Shown: positions 49,806-59,409 of the stretch, in pieces
Numbering within the stretch: position 1 is the first letter of the stretch
Layout: every line of letters begins with the position of its first letter
DNA from: Clostridioides phage LIBA2945
Sequence record: MF547663.1
DNA: 64,000 bases
Reading direction: 5' to 3' (one strand)
Program-made: the position numbers and the translations under genes
The notes under the pieces: generated by a model
Databases searched by the model: none
Told to the model about the DNA's origin: nothing
The model's input: the letters and a program-made list of their open reading frames with translations, nothing else

Positions 49806-51234
49806 TTTTAATAGCTTCTATTGCTCTATCTACATTTATATTATTTATATATCTAAGTTTGTTATCTTCGTTCAAATTTTCTATAATTTTGTAGTACATA
49901 GCATGTCCTATAAAATTAGTGTTTATAAATACATACTCATAACTATTCAATATGTTTACATTAAAATTAATTGTATCTGCTGATATAAATTCAAAGTTAG
50001 TTAATTTTTCTTTCATTTTTAAAATCCAATTTGGATGTCCACCAAATATTATTGCTTTTATATTTTTTAAATTTATACTTTCATCAATTAAAACTTTCTC
50101 TTCTTGCTCTTGTTGCTGGTTGAACATAAAATTTCTTAATTGAACCAATTCTTCTTTAGATGTAAGTTGTGCTTTGATTTCATTTTCTAATCTAAGTTTA
50201 TCTTTTTGCAACAATTCTAGTTCTGATTTTAACTTTTCATTTTCTGCCTCCAATAATGAATTTTCTTTTTTAATACTATCCAATTTAAGGTCTTTTTCTT
50301 CTATAGATTCTTTTAATTCTTCATCAAAATTATTAAAGAAAAATTGTTTAGCTTTTTTATATTCTCTTGCCAAATATCTTATGTCTATAGCAGGAATTAT
50401 AAATTTAAATAAATCCTCATAATTAATGCTATTTTCATCTTCTATATTTTTTTGTAAATTACAGTAACATAAAATTAATTCTTGTATTTGTTTAGATTTA
50501 AATATGTCTCTTCCTACAATTGAAATTAAACTTAATTCTTCCAGGTCATATATATAATCAAATCCTAAAAGGTTTCTGTCTAAATCTGTTAAAGCATCTA
50601 AATTAAAAGTTCCTATACTCCCATCAATTCCAATTGTATACGAGCTTGGAATATATTCTTTTAAATATGTAGATTTTAATCTTAATTCTATCTTACTAAT
50701 GAGTTTTTGTTCATCTTTACTTAGTCTATCTATAGATAAAACTTTTTCATGTTTATAATTTTCATTTCTTAGAATCAAATTTCTAATTACTTTTATATAT
50801 ATTTCATCTGATTCGTCAACTTCTTTCCCTAAAGCTCCACATAAAGAAATTGCAACTAACATATTACCATTTAATTCATCCTCTGAAAAACTTTCAATTT
50901 TATTTTTTAACATAAGTTTTCTTAAAAAGGTACTTGCTTTAAATGTTTGGATAGAAATAATATAATTGTAAGCAATTGTATAACCAACCTTAAATATTTT
51001 TGTTATTTTCTTTTCATCTCTTTCTAATAGAATACCTAAAGATTTTTTAAAATAATATTCTTGAATTATACTTCCTTCACTTGCTATCCTTGAATTATAA
51101 AAAATATTATCTTTGGCCAAACTTGAATATTTTAATTTATTTTCATTATAATATTTATCTATGAGTTTATAGCATTTTTTATTTATCGACAAAGACTCAG
51201 CTAAAAATGGTACTATATTTAATTCTTCTTTCAT
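49789..51234 (-). CDS. large protein with a central coiled coil and a C-terminal DUF2325-like domain
   Basis: KAIIFGGHPNWILKMKEKL..FISAD..EYVFINTNFIGHAMYYKI..AIEAIK follows the DUF2325 pattern; coiled coil KLDSIKKENSLLEAENEKLKSELELLQ. Confidence 0.45.
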   Translation of the reverse strand: MKEELNIVPFLAESLSINKKCYKLIDKYYNENKLKYSSLAKDNIFYNSRIASEGSIIQEYYFKKSLGILLERDEKKITKIFKVGYTIAYNYIISIQTFKASTFLRKLMLKNKIESFSEDELNGNMLVAISLCGALGKEVDESDEIYIKVIRNLILRNENYKHEKVLSIDRLSKDEQKLISKIELRLKSTYLKEYIPSSYTIGIDGSIGTFNLDALTDLDRNLLGFDYIYDLEELSLISIVGRDIFKSKQIQELILCYCNLQKNIEDENSINYEDLFKFIIPAIDIRYLAREYKKAKQFFFNNFDEELKESIEEKDLKLDSIKKENSLLEAENEKLKSELELLQKDKLRLENEIKAQLTSKEELVQLRNFMFNQQQEQEEKVLIDESINLKNIKAIIFGGHPNWILKMKEKLTNFEFISADTINFNVNILNSYEYVFINTNFIGHAMYYKIIENLNEDNKLRYINNINVDRAIEAIKNAIKI

Positions 51235-51494
51235 TAAAAAACCTCGCTTATCAATTAAAATTAAAAGATATTAAATTTAATATCTTTTAATTTTAATTAT
51301 ATCATTAGTTCATATTTAAATATTATAGATATATAGTAAATTATAACAATTCAATGTCTTTTATTTTTATTATAGATTTATAATCTTCTTCTGAATTTAT
51401 TTTTATTACATCAAAGACAATATTTATATCAACATCATAATCTTTACCTAATCCTGAATATGTATAACTTCCACAATCTAAATAATTATATACT

Positions 51495-51953
51495 TCACCT
51501 TCCATAAAAAAAATCCCATGAGTCAGTTTTATTAACAAGATAATTATATTTTTCTTGTACAAAATTATCATATTCTAATACTGTAAACTCTTCACCTACA
51601 GAACTTTTTAGTTCTTTTATAAAGCTCTTTATACATCTTTCATTTTCTTCTATTTCCTCATTGTAATCTATAATCATATTATTTACATTTTCATGCACTA
51701 TTGAATCTACATCTTTTAAATTATATTCTTTTCTTTTATAGTCTTCTATAATATCATCAATGTAAATTATTTCTTCGTAAGTATTGTTGTATATATTTTC
51801 GTCTGCACCCTGTCCTTTATATGAAATAAAAAACTTTATTGAATCATTTTTTATATAAAATCCGCATCTATCTATTTCCCAATTAAAATTATTACTTATA
51901 GCTTCTCTTACATATTTTTTGATTTCTTTCTTAGTTATTTTTTTCATTTTCAT
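51495..51953 (-). CDS. hypothetical protein
   Basis: co-oriented ORF. Confidence 0.3.
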   Translation of the reverse strand: MKMKKITKKEIKKYVREAISNNFNWEIDRCGFYIKNDSIKFFISYKGQGADENIYNNTYEEIIYIDDIIEDYKRKEYNLKDVDSIVHENVNNMIIDYNEEIEENERCIKSFIKELKSSVGEEFTVLEYDNFVQEKYNYLVNKTDSWDFFYGR

Positions 51954-52085
51954 ATCCCCCTATTTTTATTTTTTCAATTTTAAAACCTCTTAATTTACCA
52001 TCTTTTATAATAAAACAAAATCCCTCTTTTGCTAACATATCAGCATCTTCTAAACTTATATTATTTATATCTTTCATATATCGTA

Positions 52086-52583
52086 TCATATTGCAACCTC
52101 AACATCAAAGTAAGTGCCAACACAATTACTTAAATCAATTTTACTATCTAATGTTAAATACCAATCACCCATACAAGCTGGATAAAAATAATATTTATTA
52201 TCATTTTTTATATATACAATTGAACTTCCATCACTTAAAAATACTTTAATGTTTCCATTGTTATTCAACTTATTAATCACATACACATCCTTTGAGTGAC
52301 TTATATTGTTTGACAGCTCTTTGTAAGTTGCAACTGCTCTATCTAAATCTTTTTTATTATCAAAACTATAGTTCCAATCACCTAAAGATTTAGGATAGAA
52401 ATTATAAACTTGCTCTTTAGTATCATATAAAACTACACTTTCATCTTCTAATATTTCTACAACTCTGTCAGTAGTTTCTACATAAAAATTATCTAATTCG
52501 GCAGCCTTAACTTTTGTTGCTCCTGCAACTCCAACAATAATTAAACCCAATACTATTCCCATAACTATATTTTTAAATTTCAT
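52086..52583 (-). CDS. secreted protein with two internal repeats
   Basis: signal peptide MKFKNIVMGIVLGLIIVGVAGATKVKA; repeats YPKSLGDWNYSFDNKKDLDRAVATY and YPACMGDWYLTLDSKIDLSNCVGTY. Confidence 0.4.
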   Translation of the reverse strand: MKFKNIVMGIVLGLIIVGVAGATKVKAAELDNFYVETTDRVVEILEDESVVLYDTKEQVYNFYPKSLGDWNYSFDNKKDLDRAVATYKELSNNISHSKDVYVINKLNNNGNIKVFLSDGSSIVYIKNDNKYYFYPACMGDWYLTLDSKIDLSNCVGTYFDVEVAI

Positions 52584-52900
52584 TTTTACACCCTCCTAGT
52601 TTATGATTATGACCCCGTACAAGCCTCTATAAGCTGTTTGAAAATCATCTTAATGTATTTATACCTTTTGATTTTTATAATCTTTAAAATCCTTTTATCA
52701 AATCACTATCATTATCATTTGAATTATAATAATATAGCTATAACAATAGCGATTTGATAACTCATATATCATATTAAAAATATAATTTTAAACTCTTTTA
52801 TTACTTCATGTCCTATATTAAAGATATGACACTCTTTTATATAAAATATAATCCTCATCTATATAAAATTCATTGTCATTAATTCATCGCCTACATACAT

Positions 52901-53485
52901 TTATTGCATACTTTTATATAGTTCTTTTAAATCTTCATTTTCATCTAATATTACTTTTAAAGGTTTCATAGTATAACAACTTTTATATTTATATTTGTTT
53001 TTATTGTAATTTTCATCAAATTTACTCATATATTCCTTATACTTGATAAACAAACTGTTTAATATATCTATATCTATCAATCCAGACTTACTAAGTTTAT
53101 TCATTCTCATACAACTATCTATCATACGAGCCAAAGACCAAGCCACTTCCGCAATTGCATCTTCTAACATTTGTTCATTAGATTTATAAGCATAAGAACC
53201 TTCTTTGTATTTAGTATTATTCTTCACTATTTTATTAAGATTTGTCTCTATATCTAAACCCTTACTGTAGTACTCCATACATTTGTAATGTTTTTTTATC
53301 TCTCTCGACAATGCTTTGTAAAATGTAACATTCAATTTCATTATTTTTTCTACACATGTTAATCCAACATGAAAAACTTCTCCTGTAACATTATTTTTTA
53401 TTGTAGCTATATTTTTTATAGTTCTTCCACAGTGGTCACAAGCTCCTTTACCTTTTGTATAACTTATCAAAATATACTCATTCAT
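52901..53485 (-). CDS. hypothetical zinc-ribbon protein
   Basis: CDHCGRT..CVEK. Confidence 0.3.
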   Translation of the reverse strand: MNEYILISYTKGKGACDHCGRTIKNIATIKNNVTGEVFHVGLTCVEKIMKLNVTFYKALSREIKKHYKCMEYYSKGLDIETNLNKIVKNNTKYKEGSYAYKSNEQMLEDAIAEVAWSLARMIDSCMRMNKLSKSGLIDIDILNSLFIKYKEYMSKFDENYNKNKYKYKSCYTMKPLKVILDENEDLKELYKSMQ

Positions 53486-53522
53486 GCTTAAACCTCCAAT
53501 TATATTAAAATCATTCTTTTAA

Positions 53523-53801
53523 TTACATTTCCATAAAGATAAAATTAATTATCAAAATCAAGTTATCTATATACTTTTCTATTTCTTTATATTTCAAGTC
53601 AAATATATCTGTATTATCAATTTTGTAACACAATTTATCTATTTGATATTCTGTAATTTCATCTATTTTATTCTTATATTTATATCCTGATAGTGCTTTT
53701 CTTAAATCTTTTATGTATCCTTTTAGTTCTCTTAAGCTGCTTGTTTCAAGTGATGTTTTAATACCTTTAGCCTTATTTATTAACATTTCAATCCCCTCCA
53801 A
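53523..53801 (-). CDS. hypothetical protein
   Basis: co-oriented ORF. Confidence 0.25.
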   Translation of the reverse strand: MEGIEMLINKAKGIKTSLETSSLRELKGYIKDLRKALSGYKYKNKIDEITEYQIDKLCYKIDNTDIFDLKYKEIEKYIDNLILIINFIFMEM

Positions 53802-53861
53802 TTATATTAAAATTAATATTTTAAATATTTTTATTCTCAATTCAAATTTCTTTTTTTTAAT

Positions 53862-54473
53862 CTAATAATTAACCTGTATTTTTAATAATCTATTATCTTC
53901 ACTCATGCCTATTTTATATAAATCCTTTTCATATGTATGACATCTAACAGTTATAGAGTCCTCGTCCATAGAATAAAGACTTATTTTAGAATATTTTTCT
54001 CCTAATTTTTCCATTATTTCTTTATCTATTTTTTCATATGCTTTATTTCTTGCTATAGTTCTTTTTCTATTTAACTTATGGTCATCCATCAAATTGTATT
54101 CTTTTCTATTCCCATGCACTCTGTATCCTTCCATCCAGTCTAAAACCTCTATAGTATCAAAGTTACAATTAAGATTTTCATTTATATAATTTGTTAAGTC
54201 TCTTTTTGAATATCCCTTAAAAAATGTATTATTCAATTTTATTCTTGAAACATTTTCATCAGTCGATACACCAATATTGAAACAATGGTCAATATGTGTA
54301 TACCACCCGAATCTTTTTACACTTTTGCAATTTTGTAAATTTCCGCCTAGCTCTAAATATATTTTATCTCCATTACCATTTATAAAAGCAGTTCTAATTC
54401 TATAATTTTCAACATCTGAACCCTCTTCATATATATTCATTCCAGCACCTTCAAATAATAATATTTTTTTCAT
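53862..54473 (-). CDS. hypothetical protein
   Basis: co-oriented ORF. Confidence 0.3.
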   Translation of the reverse strand: MKKILLFEGAGMNIYEEGSDVENYRIRTAFINGNGDKIYLELGGNLQNCKSVKRFGWYTHIDHCFNIGVSTDENVSRIKLNNTFFKGYSKRDLTNYINENLNCNFDTIEVLDWMEGYRVHGNRKEYNLMDDHKLNRKRTIARNKAYEKIDKEIMEKLGEKYSKISLYSMDEDSITVRCHTYEKDLYKIGMSEDNRLLKIQVNY

Positions 54474-54534
54474 TTTTATATCCTCCTAATATTTTATATC
54501 AACTTAAAAGTTGAATTTTTTTTACTTAAATTAT

Positions 54535-54771
54535 TTAAAATTCTTTATATTGAATTCTATTTTCATTATCTAAATACATCATATTATTAATATTTTGTAT
54601 TAATTGCTGTCTCAGTTCTTCTCCCTTTAAAGCCCAATCTAATCCGATTAAATTTCCTAGTCTGACATATAAAGAATTATAAGTTCCTGCTTCTCCTATT
54701 ATTTCACCTTCTAAAAGGTCACATATATTTATTAAATCTGTTGCAGTCATATATTCAGAATAATTTATCAT
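54535..54771 (-). CDS. hypothetical protein
   Basis: co-oriented ORF. Confidence 0.25.
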   Translation of the reverse strand: MINYSEYMTATDLINICDLLEGEIIGEAGTYNSLYVRLGNLIGLDWALKGEELRQQLIQNINNMMYLDNENRIQYKEF

Positions 54772-54992
54772 GTTATTACCTCCTTATTTATTAGCTTGTT
54801 CCAATAATTCTAATTGATTGCTGTTTCCATATTTTGAAATAATACTTTCTGTAGTACTCCAATAGCTACTATCTAAATCCTTTTTAAACAATGATTTTAT
54901 CTTAATTATTAATTTTTTCATGATTTATTCCCCTTTCAATTTTTTTATTGGAAGTGGCGTTTTTAAAGAACGCCCTAAAACTTTTTATTTAG

Positions 54993-55250
54993 TTATTTGA
55001 TGATAGTATTAGTAGAATTTAAATCTTTTCTATACTTATCATAGTCAAAATATCTTTCAAGTACTTCTTTAGCTAAATATTTAATATTTTTTGATTCTCC
55101 AATGTAAAGTTTAGCAAATTCAATAGTATCCATATTGTTATAGTATTCTATCTCATCTCCATCTATATAGTCATCAATTATCCTGCTTTTGTAAGGTTCT
55201 AAATCTCTTGCAAAAGCTTCTAAGTTAAAATAATGGTAAAGATTTTTCAT
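54993..55250 (-). CDS. hypothetical protein
   Basis: co-oriented ORF. Confidence 0.3.
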   Translation of the reverse strand: MKNLYHYFNLEAFARDLEPYKSRIIDDYIDGDEIEYYNNMDTIEFAKLYIGESKNIKYLAKEVLERYFDYDKYRKDLNSTNTIIK

Positions 55251-55379
55251 TTTTATAGTCCTTCTTTTTTTATTTGTTCTGTCCGAATGATTTATTAAAA
55301 ATTTTTATTTGTTTTGATATTTTTATTATAATGCATTCTGTCCGAATGAGTCAAGTGTTTTTTTGAGTAGATTTTGCAT

Positions 55380-55568
55380 CTACTCAGTTATTTTTTCTAT
55401 TATTATTTTTTCACCATCAAAAGTTAATGTAACTTCCCTATCTAATTTAGTTATATCCATTTGTTTAACCCAATTAGTAGGAATTGTTATTCTATTTGTG
55501 ACTGAGCCTTTACTTGCAGTTCCTCCACTTGTAGTAAATAATACTTTTGCTTTTCTCTGCTCATACAT
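55380..55568 (-). CDS. AbrB/MazE-family (SpoVT-AbrB domain) small DNA-binding protein
   Basis: NRITIPTNWVKQMDITKLDREVTLTFDGEKIIIEK matches the swapped-hairpin AbrB/MazE pattern. Confidence 0.55.
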   Translation of the reverse strand: MYEQRKAKVLFTTSGGTASKGSVTNRITIPTNWVKQMDITKLDREVTLTFDGEKIIIEKITE

Positions 55569-55662
55569 TCGTTATACCTCCAATGATATTATTGTTTAAT
55601 AATACCATACTAAGAGCTTGTAGAAAAGACACTCAATAATTCAAGTGTCTTTTTATGTATTA

Positions 55663-55995
55663 CTATTTAATTGATTTTAACTTTGCTATTTCATTCCAAT
55701 TTTTAGATGTAGCCATTTCTACAAAGTTCATGTCATTTTTTAAAGTGTCTATTTTTTCTCCAACTTCTGTTATGCCTTCCATGTTTCTAGCAACTTGATT
55801 ATAAGTTAAGTCTAGTTTCTTTTTAATTTCTTCTTGCCCTTCTTTTAAATCACTAAGTTGGTTTTCAATCCCATCAAAACGACCATCCATACTATCTAGT
55901 CTAGTATTAATCCATTTTATTTCTCCTTGTATATCATTAATACTAGTATCCATTTTTTGTAATAATTCTAATATTTTTTCATCCATGCCGTTCAC
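55663..55995 (-). CDS. coiled-coil protein, paralog A (shares MDEKILELLQKMD with 57317..57694)
   Basis: N-terminus nearly identical to paralog B; both carry the internal QVARNME segment. Confidence 0.4.
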   Translation of the reverse strand: MNGMDEKILELLQKMDTSINDIQGEIKWINTRLDSMDGRFDGIENQLSDLKEGQEEIKKKLDLTYNQVARNMEGITEVGEKIDTLKNDMNFVEMATSKNWNEIAKLKSIK

Positions 55996-56570
55996 ACTCC
56001 TATTTTATTATTATATCATAATTTAAGTGTTGTATTCTAACACTTACTAAAATAATCTAATAAATAGTTTAAATTATACTAGTAAATATTAGATAGTTTA
56101 TAACCATGTAGGTGTCAAGCAGTACAAACTATAATTTTAATGCTCAATCTTTAGTACTTTTTATAACGCAGTACCTCACAACTGCTATGTCATATTAAAT
56201 TGTATTGAGTGCCATTATAGAAGCAACTAAGTTGATACCTCAATTTTTTGTAGGCTTTAATTGGAAACCTTTATTAATTTTATTTACTTAATTACTTAAT
56301 GTTGGGAACACCTCACCAACTGGTATGACTAATTCATTTTTGTAGTTAAAAAATGAAGAAAAAACTATGTGTAATATTTGTGTTGTGTGCCTTTCACCAT
56401 TCACACCATTAAAAGGTCAACTTAAAGGTAGTAATTTTTTAATAGTAGTTTAATATTTTTTAATAGAACCCTTTAAGATATTAGCTAGAGTTTTAAGAAG
56501 GTTCTTTGCCTGTTACTTCATTTGAGAGGTGGCTTTGTGTTTTCTTGTTCTCCCTTGCTATGATTTAATT

Positions 56571-56675
56571 ATATATCCAAACGGATATATTGTCAATATT
56601 TATTTTTATAATTTAATAAAAAATATATCTAAACGGATGTTAATATATTTAGATATACGACCGATTGGATATATA
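56571..56675. promoter_or_regulatory. three palindromic operator-like sites upstream of the CI-like repressor gene
   Basis: ATATATCC-AAAC-GGATATAT (56571..56590, perfect palindrome); ATATATCT-AAAC-GGATGTTAATATAT (56623..56650); and, on the minus strand, ATATATCC-AATC-GGTCGTATATC (56651..56675). Confidence 0.55.
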
Positions 56676-56732
56676 ACTGATTGTTCTTAATAAATATATA
56701 TGATATTATAATAAATATAAAGAGGTGATAAA

Positions 56733-57050
56733 ATGATTAGTGATAGATTAAGAGAACTAAGAAAAGAAAAAGGCTACACAATTAAAGAGTTAGCACAAAT
56801 TATAAATGTTTCAGATATTTCAATCAGTAGATATGAAAACAACAAAAGGGATGCAGATATAAAAACATTGAAAGAGTTAGCAAAATTATATGATGTATCA
56901 TTAGACTATATAACTTGTCTTACAGATAATAGAGAAAATATACAACTTGAAGAAGAAGAAGTCAAACTATTAGATAATTATAGAGAGTTAGACACTAAAA
57001 GTAAAACAATAGTACAAGAACAAATAAATACATTAAAAAAACTACTGTAA
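56733..57050 (+). CDS. XRE/Cro-CI-family HTH repressor
   Basis: ISDRLRELRKEKGYTIKELAQIINVSDISISRYENNKR helix-turn-helix; AGAGGTG SD. Confidence 0.65.
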   Translation: MISDRLRELRKEKGYTIKELAQIINVSDISISRYENNKRDADIKTLKELAKLYDVSLDYITCLTDNRENIQLEEEEVKLLDNYRELDTKSKTIVQEQINTLKKLL

Positions 57051-57316
57051 GCTAGACATATATATTCTAGCTTATTTTTATATTCAATTTTAAAAACTAA
57101 AGGTATAAACATAAGGCAATCATATTACAATACGCTTAAAATGGCATATAATAGCTTGTATAATATATTATATTGTGTAGAATGTATTATAATATAACCA
57201 TATCAAAAAAATCCGACAACCTGCATACTTATATAGATATATATATCAATATGCGAGTCATCGGAAAAATTAAAAATATAAAAGTACTTAACAAAATGTC
57301 AAGTACTTTTTATGTA

Positions 57317-57694
57317 TTATTGTAATTTTATTTTTATTTCTTCTAATTGTTCCATATTTCTAGCGACTTGGTCGGTTGCTCCATTTAGCTTTCTATTAAT
57401 CTTAATTACTCTAGTTTCTATTGCATTTAACTTAATGTCAACCACATCAAAGTTATCTTTAATAGAAGTCATTTCCTCTGCTGTTGAAATAGATTGATTA
57501 TATAGTATATCTTGTTTCTTTTCAATACTGTCAAGCCTATTTTCTATACTATCAAATCGCTTGTCCATGTTATCAAGTCTGTTGTTAGTTTCAACCTGTC
57601 CAATTTTTAAATCATTGATGTCCTGTTTCATTTCAGTAATATTACTATCCATTTTCTGTAATAATTCTAGTATCTTTTCATCCATCACGACCAC
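57317..57694 (-). CDS. coiled-coil protein, paralog B
   Basis: MDEKILELLQKMDSNITEMKQDI; heptad repeats; DQVARNMEQ. Confidence 0.4.
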   Translation of the reverse strand: MVVMDEKILELLQKMDSNITEMKQDINDLKIGQVETNNRLDNMDKRFDSIENRLDSIEKKQDILYNQSISTAEEMTSIKDNFDVVDIKLNAIETRVIKINRKLNGATDQVARNMEQLEEIKIKLQ

Positions 57695-58230
57695 GCTCCT
57701 TTTATTATTATAACATAATAGTTAATGTTATATACAGCTAATTGTCGTATTCTAATCAACTTGTGTCATTATAAGTTTTCATTTGTCACACTTCCTTTTG
57801 ATTTTATTTAATTGATGATTTAATAATACATTACTTTCCAATTTTTGTCAATACGTTCTATTATATTTATATATTTTATTTAGTTATTGTCCTTGTAAAA
57901 ATATTGCTTATCATATTGATATCACTAGCTTATGAGTACATAATTGTGTGAATTATTTTTTATATCTACTATAGTATGCGAATTTGATTAATGATTAAGA
58001 AATGTAGTGATTATGTGATAGATGCTAATAATGTAATGATAATATTAAGCTAATAATGTAAGAGTTCTATTTCTATAAACTTTTTTATTTAATAATGAAC
58101 ACAAAAAAAATAATAACTCATGCTATCATCTTTAAAATAACATAAATTATTATTTCTAATAAAAAGTAAGATTTAGTACCTTTTTATTCGTTTTTAACAA
58201 AGTAATTTCTTTTCTTAACATACATTAATA

Positions 58231-58260
58231 ACGTCGTATAATAAGATGATTATACGACGT
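58231..58260. repeat. perfect 12-bp inverted repeat with a 6-nt spacer (ACGTCGTATAAT-AAGATG-ATTATACGACGT)
   Basis: read directly; sits inside a ~1.7-kb non-coding stretch. Confidence 0.6.
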
Positions 58261-58939
58261 TGACCTTAAAAATAGAAGAAAGGGGGCTATTTTTAGACTT
58301 TAGTATCAAATGATATTCATTATCATTTTGTAGTCCTTTTTCTTCTACATCCCAAATTCCATTCAGCCCTTAAAATAAACATTTATACAAAATTACACCA
58401 CTAATTCAAATTTTTAAACATACACTCATGAACAATTTCAAACCGTCTCCGAGTATTATAAAACAGTGTTAATTCAATACTTATTTTTCATTAATCATGA
58501 TAAAAAAATAGCCCCATCTATGTTTTGAACCTATGTTATAAGGCTAAAGCATGAACAGGGGGTGTATGTTTTATTTTAATTTATATGAACTATATAAAAT
58601 ATATATTATATCCTATAAATCAACTATAATTGTTATAAAATAATTTTAAATAGTGTATGTTTTAAATTTGAACATCTCAAAATCCTATAGACAAAATTTT
58701 AATTCTATCAAGTTATCATTTTTTACTTAAAATTCAATACAATTCAAACAAAATATACTTCATGCAATTTATTCAAGATTAAAACATATAAATATGCCTA
58801 TTTTATAGAAAAATATATAGTAATTTATATAATTTTTCATATCAATTTTCGTAGACACTATACTCCAGAAAATCAATCTAAAATGATAAATTTTATAAAA
58901 CAATTTTCAAATTTAAGTAGTGTATGTATGGTTTTTATA

Positions 58940-59110
58940 AAAATTATTAATATTTAATATGCAATTGCATATAAATTATATTAAAATTTATAATTAAATA
59001 TAAAACAAATTGTAATATAACCTTCTTTACGCTTGTAGTATATTTTGTATTACAATTATAGTTTAATAGTATATATAATTTATATTAAATTTGCATTGTA
59101 ATTATATACC
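58940..59110. promoter_or_regulatory. centromere/operator-like AATTGTAATwATA repeats upstream of the RHH-parM operon
   Basis: AATTGTAATATAAC (59009); inverted GTATTACAATTATAG (59046); CATTGTAATTATATAC (59094); related CAATTGCATATAAATTATA (58961). Confidence 0.4.
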
Positions 59111-59158
59111 AATTGAAATATAATTAAACTAAATGAGCTATAAAAGGAGGGGATTTTT

Positions 59159-59392
59159 ATAAAAAAGGATACTTATAATTTACAGATACCTATTCCAATA
59201 GAATTAGCTGATAAATTAAAATCACTAGCTGAAAAGGATGAAAGAAGTTTAAGATTGTATTGTAAAAGAGTACTACAATTACATGCAGATGAAATTTATA
59301 ATAATAATAATGATATTGACGAAGCTAATACTAATAATCAAAATGAAACAGCTAAAAAAAGAAAAGTAGGAGCTTTAAAACCACAAAAATAA
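59159..59392 (+). CDS. ribbon-helix-helix (CopG/ParR-like) DNA-binding protein with an apparent ATA start
   Basis: AAAGGAGGGG SD 6 nt before ATA; (M)KKDTYNLQIPIPIELADKLKSLAEKDERSLRLYCKRVLQLHA has the RHH pattern; no in-frame ATG, GTG or TTG. Confidence 0.4.
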   Translation: MKKDTYNLQIPIPIELADKLKSLAEKDERSLRLYCKRVLQLHADEIYNNNNDIDEANTNNQNETAKKRKVGALKPQK

Positions 59393-59409
59393 TTTAGGGG
59401 GATTTACTT

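Noticed and set aside
51341-51571. 76-aa ORF at 51341..51571 as a separate gene
   Set aside because: It overlaps the 3' end of the 51495..51953 ORF by 77 nt in another frame. It may be real but has no SD or other support. It was not listed as a feature.
55663-57694. Coiled-coil paralogs as XhlA-type hemolysin or lysis proteins
   Set aside because: Neither protein has the C-terminal transmembrane helix characteristic of XhlA. No endolysin or holin cluster is adjacent.
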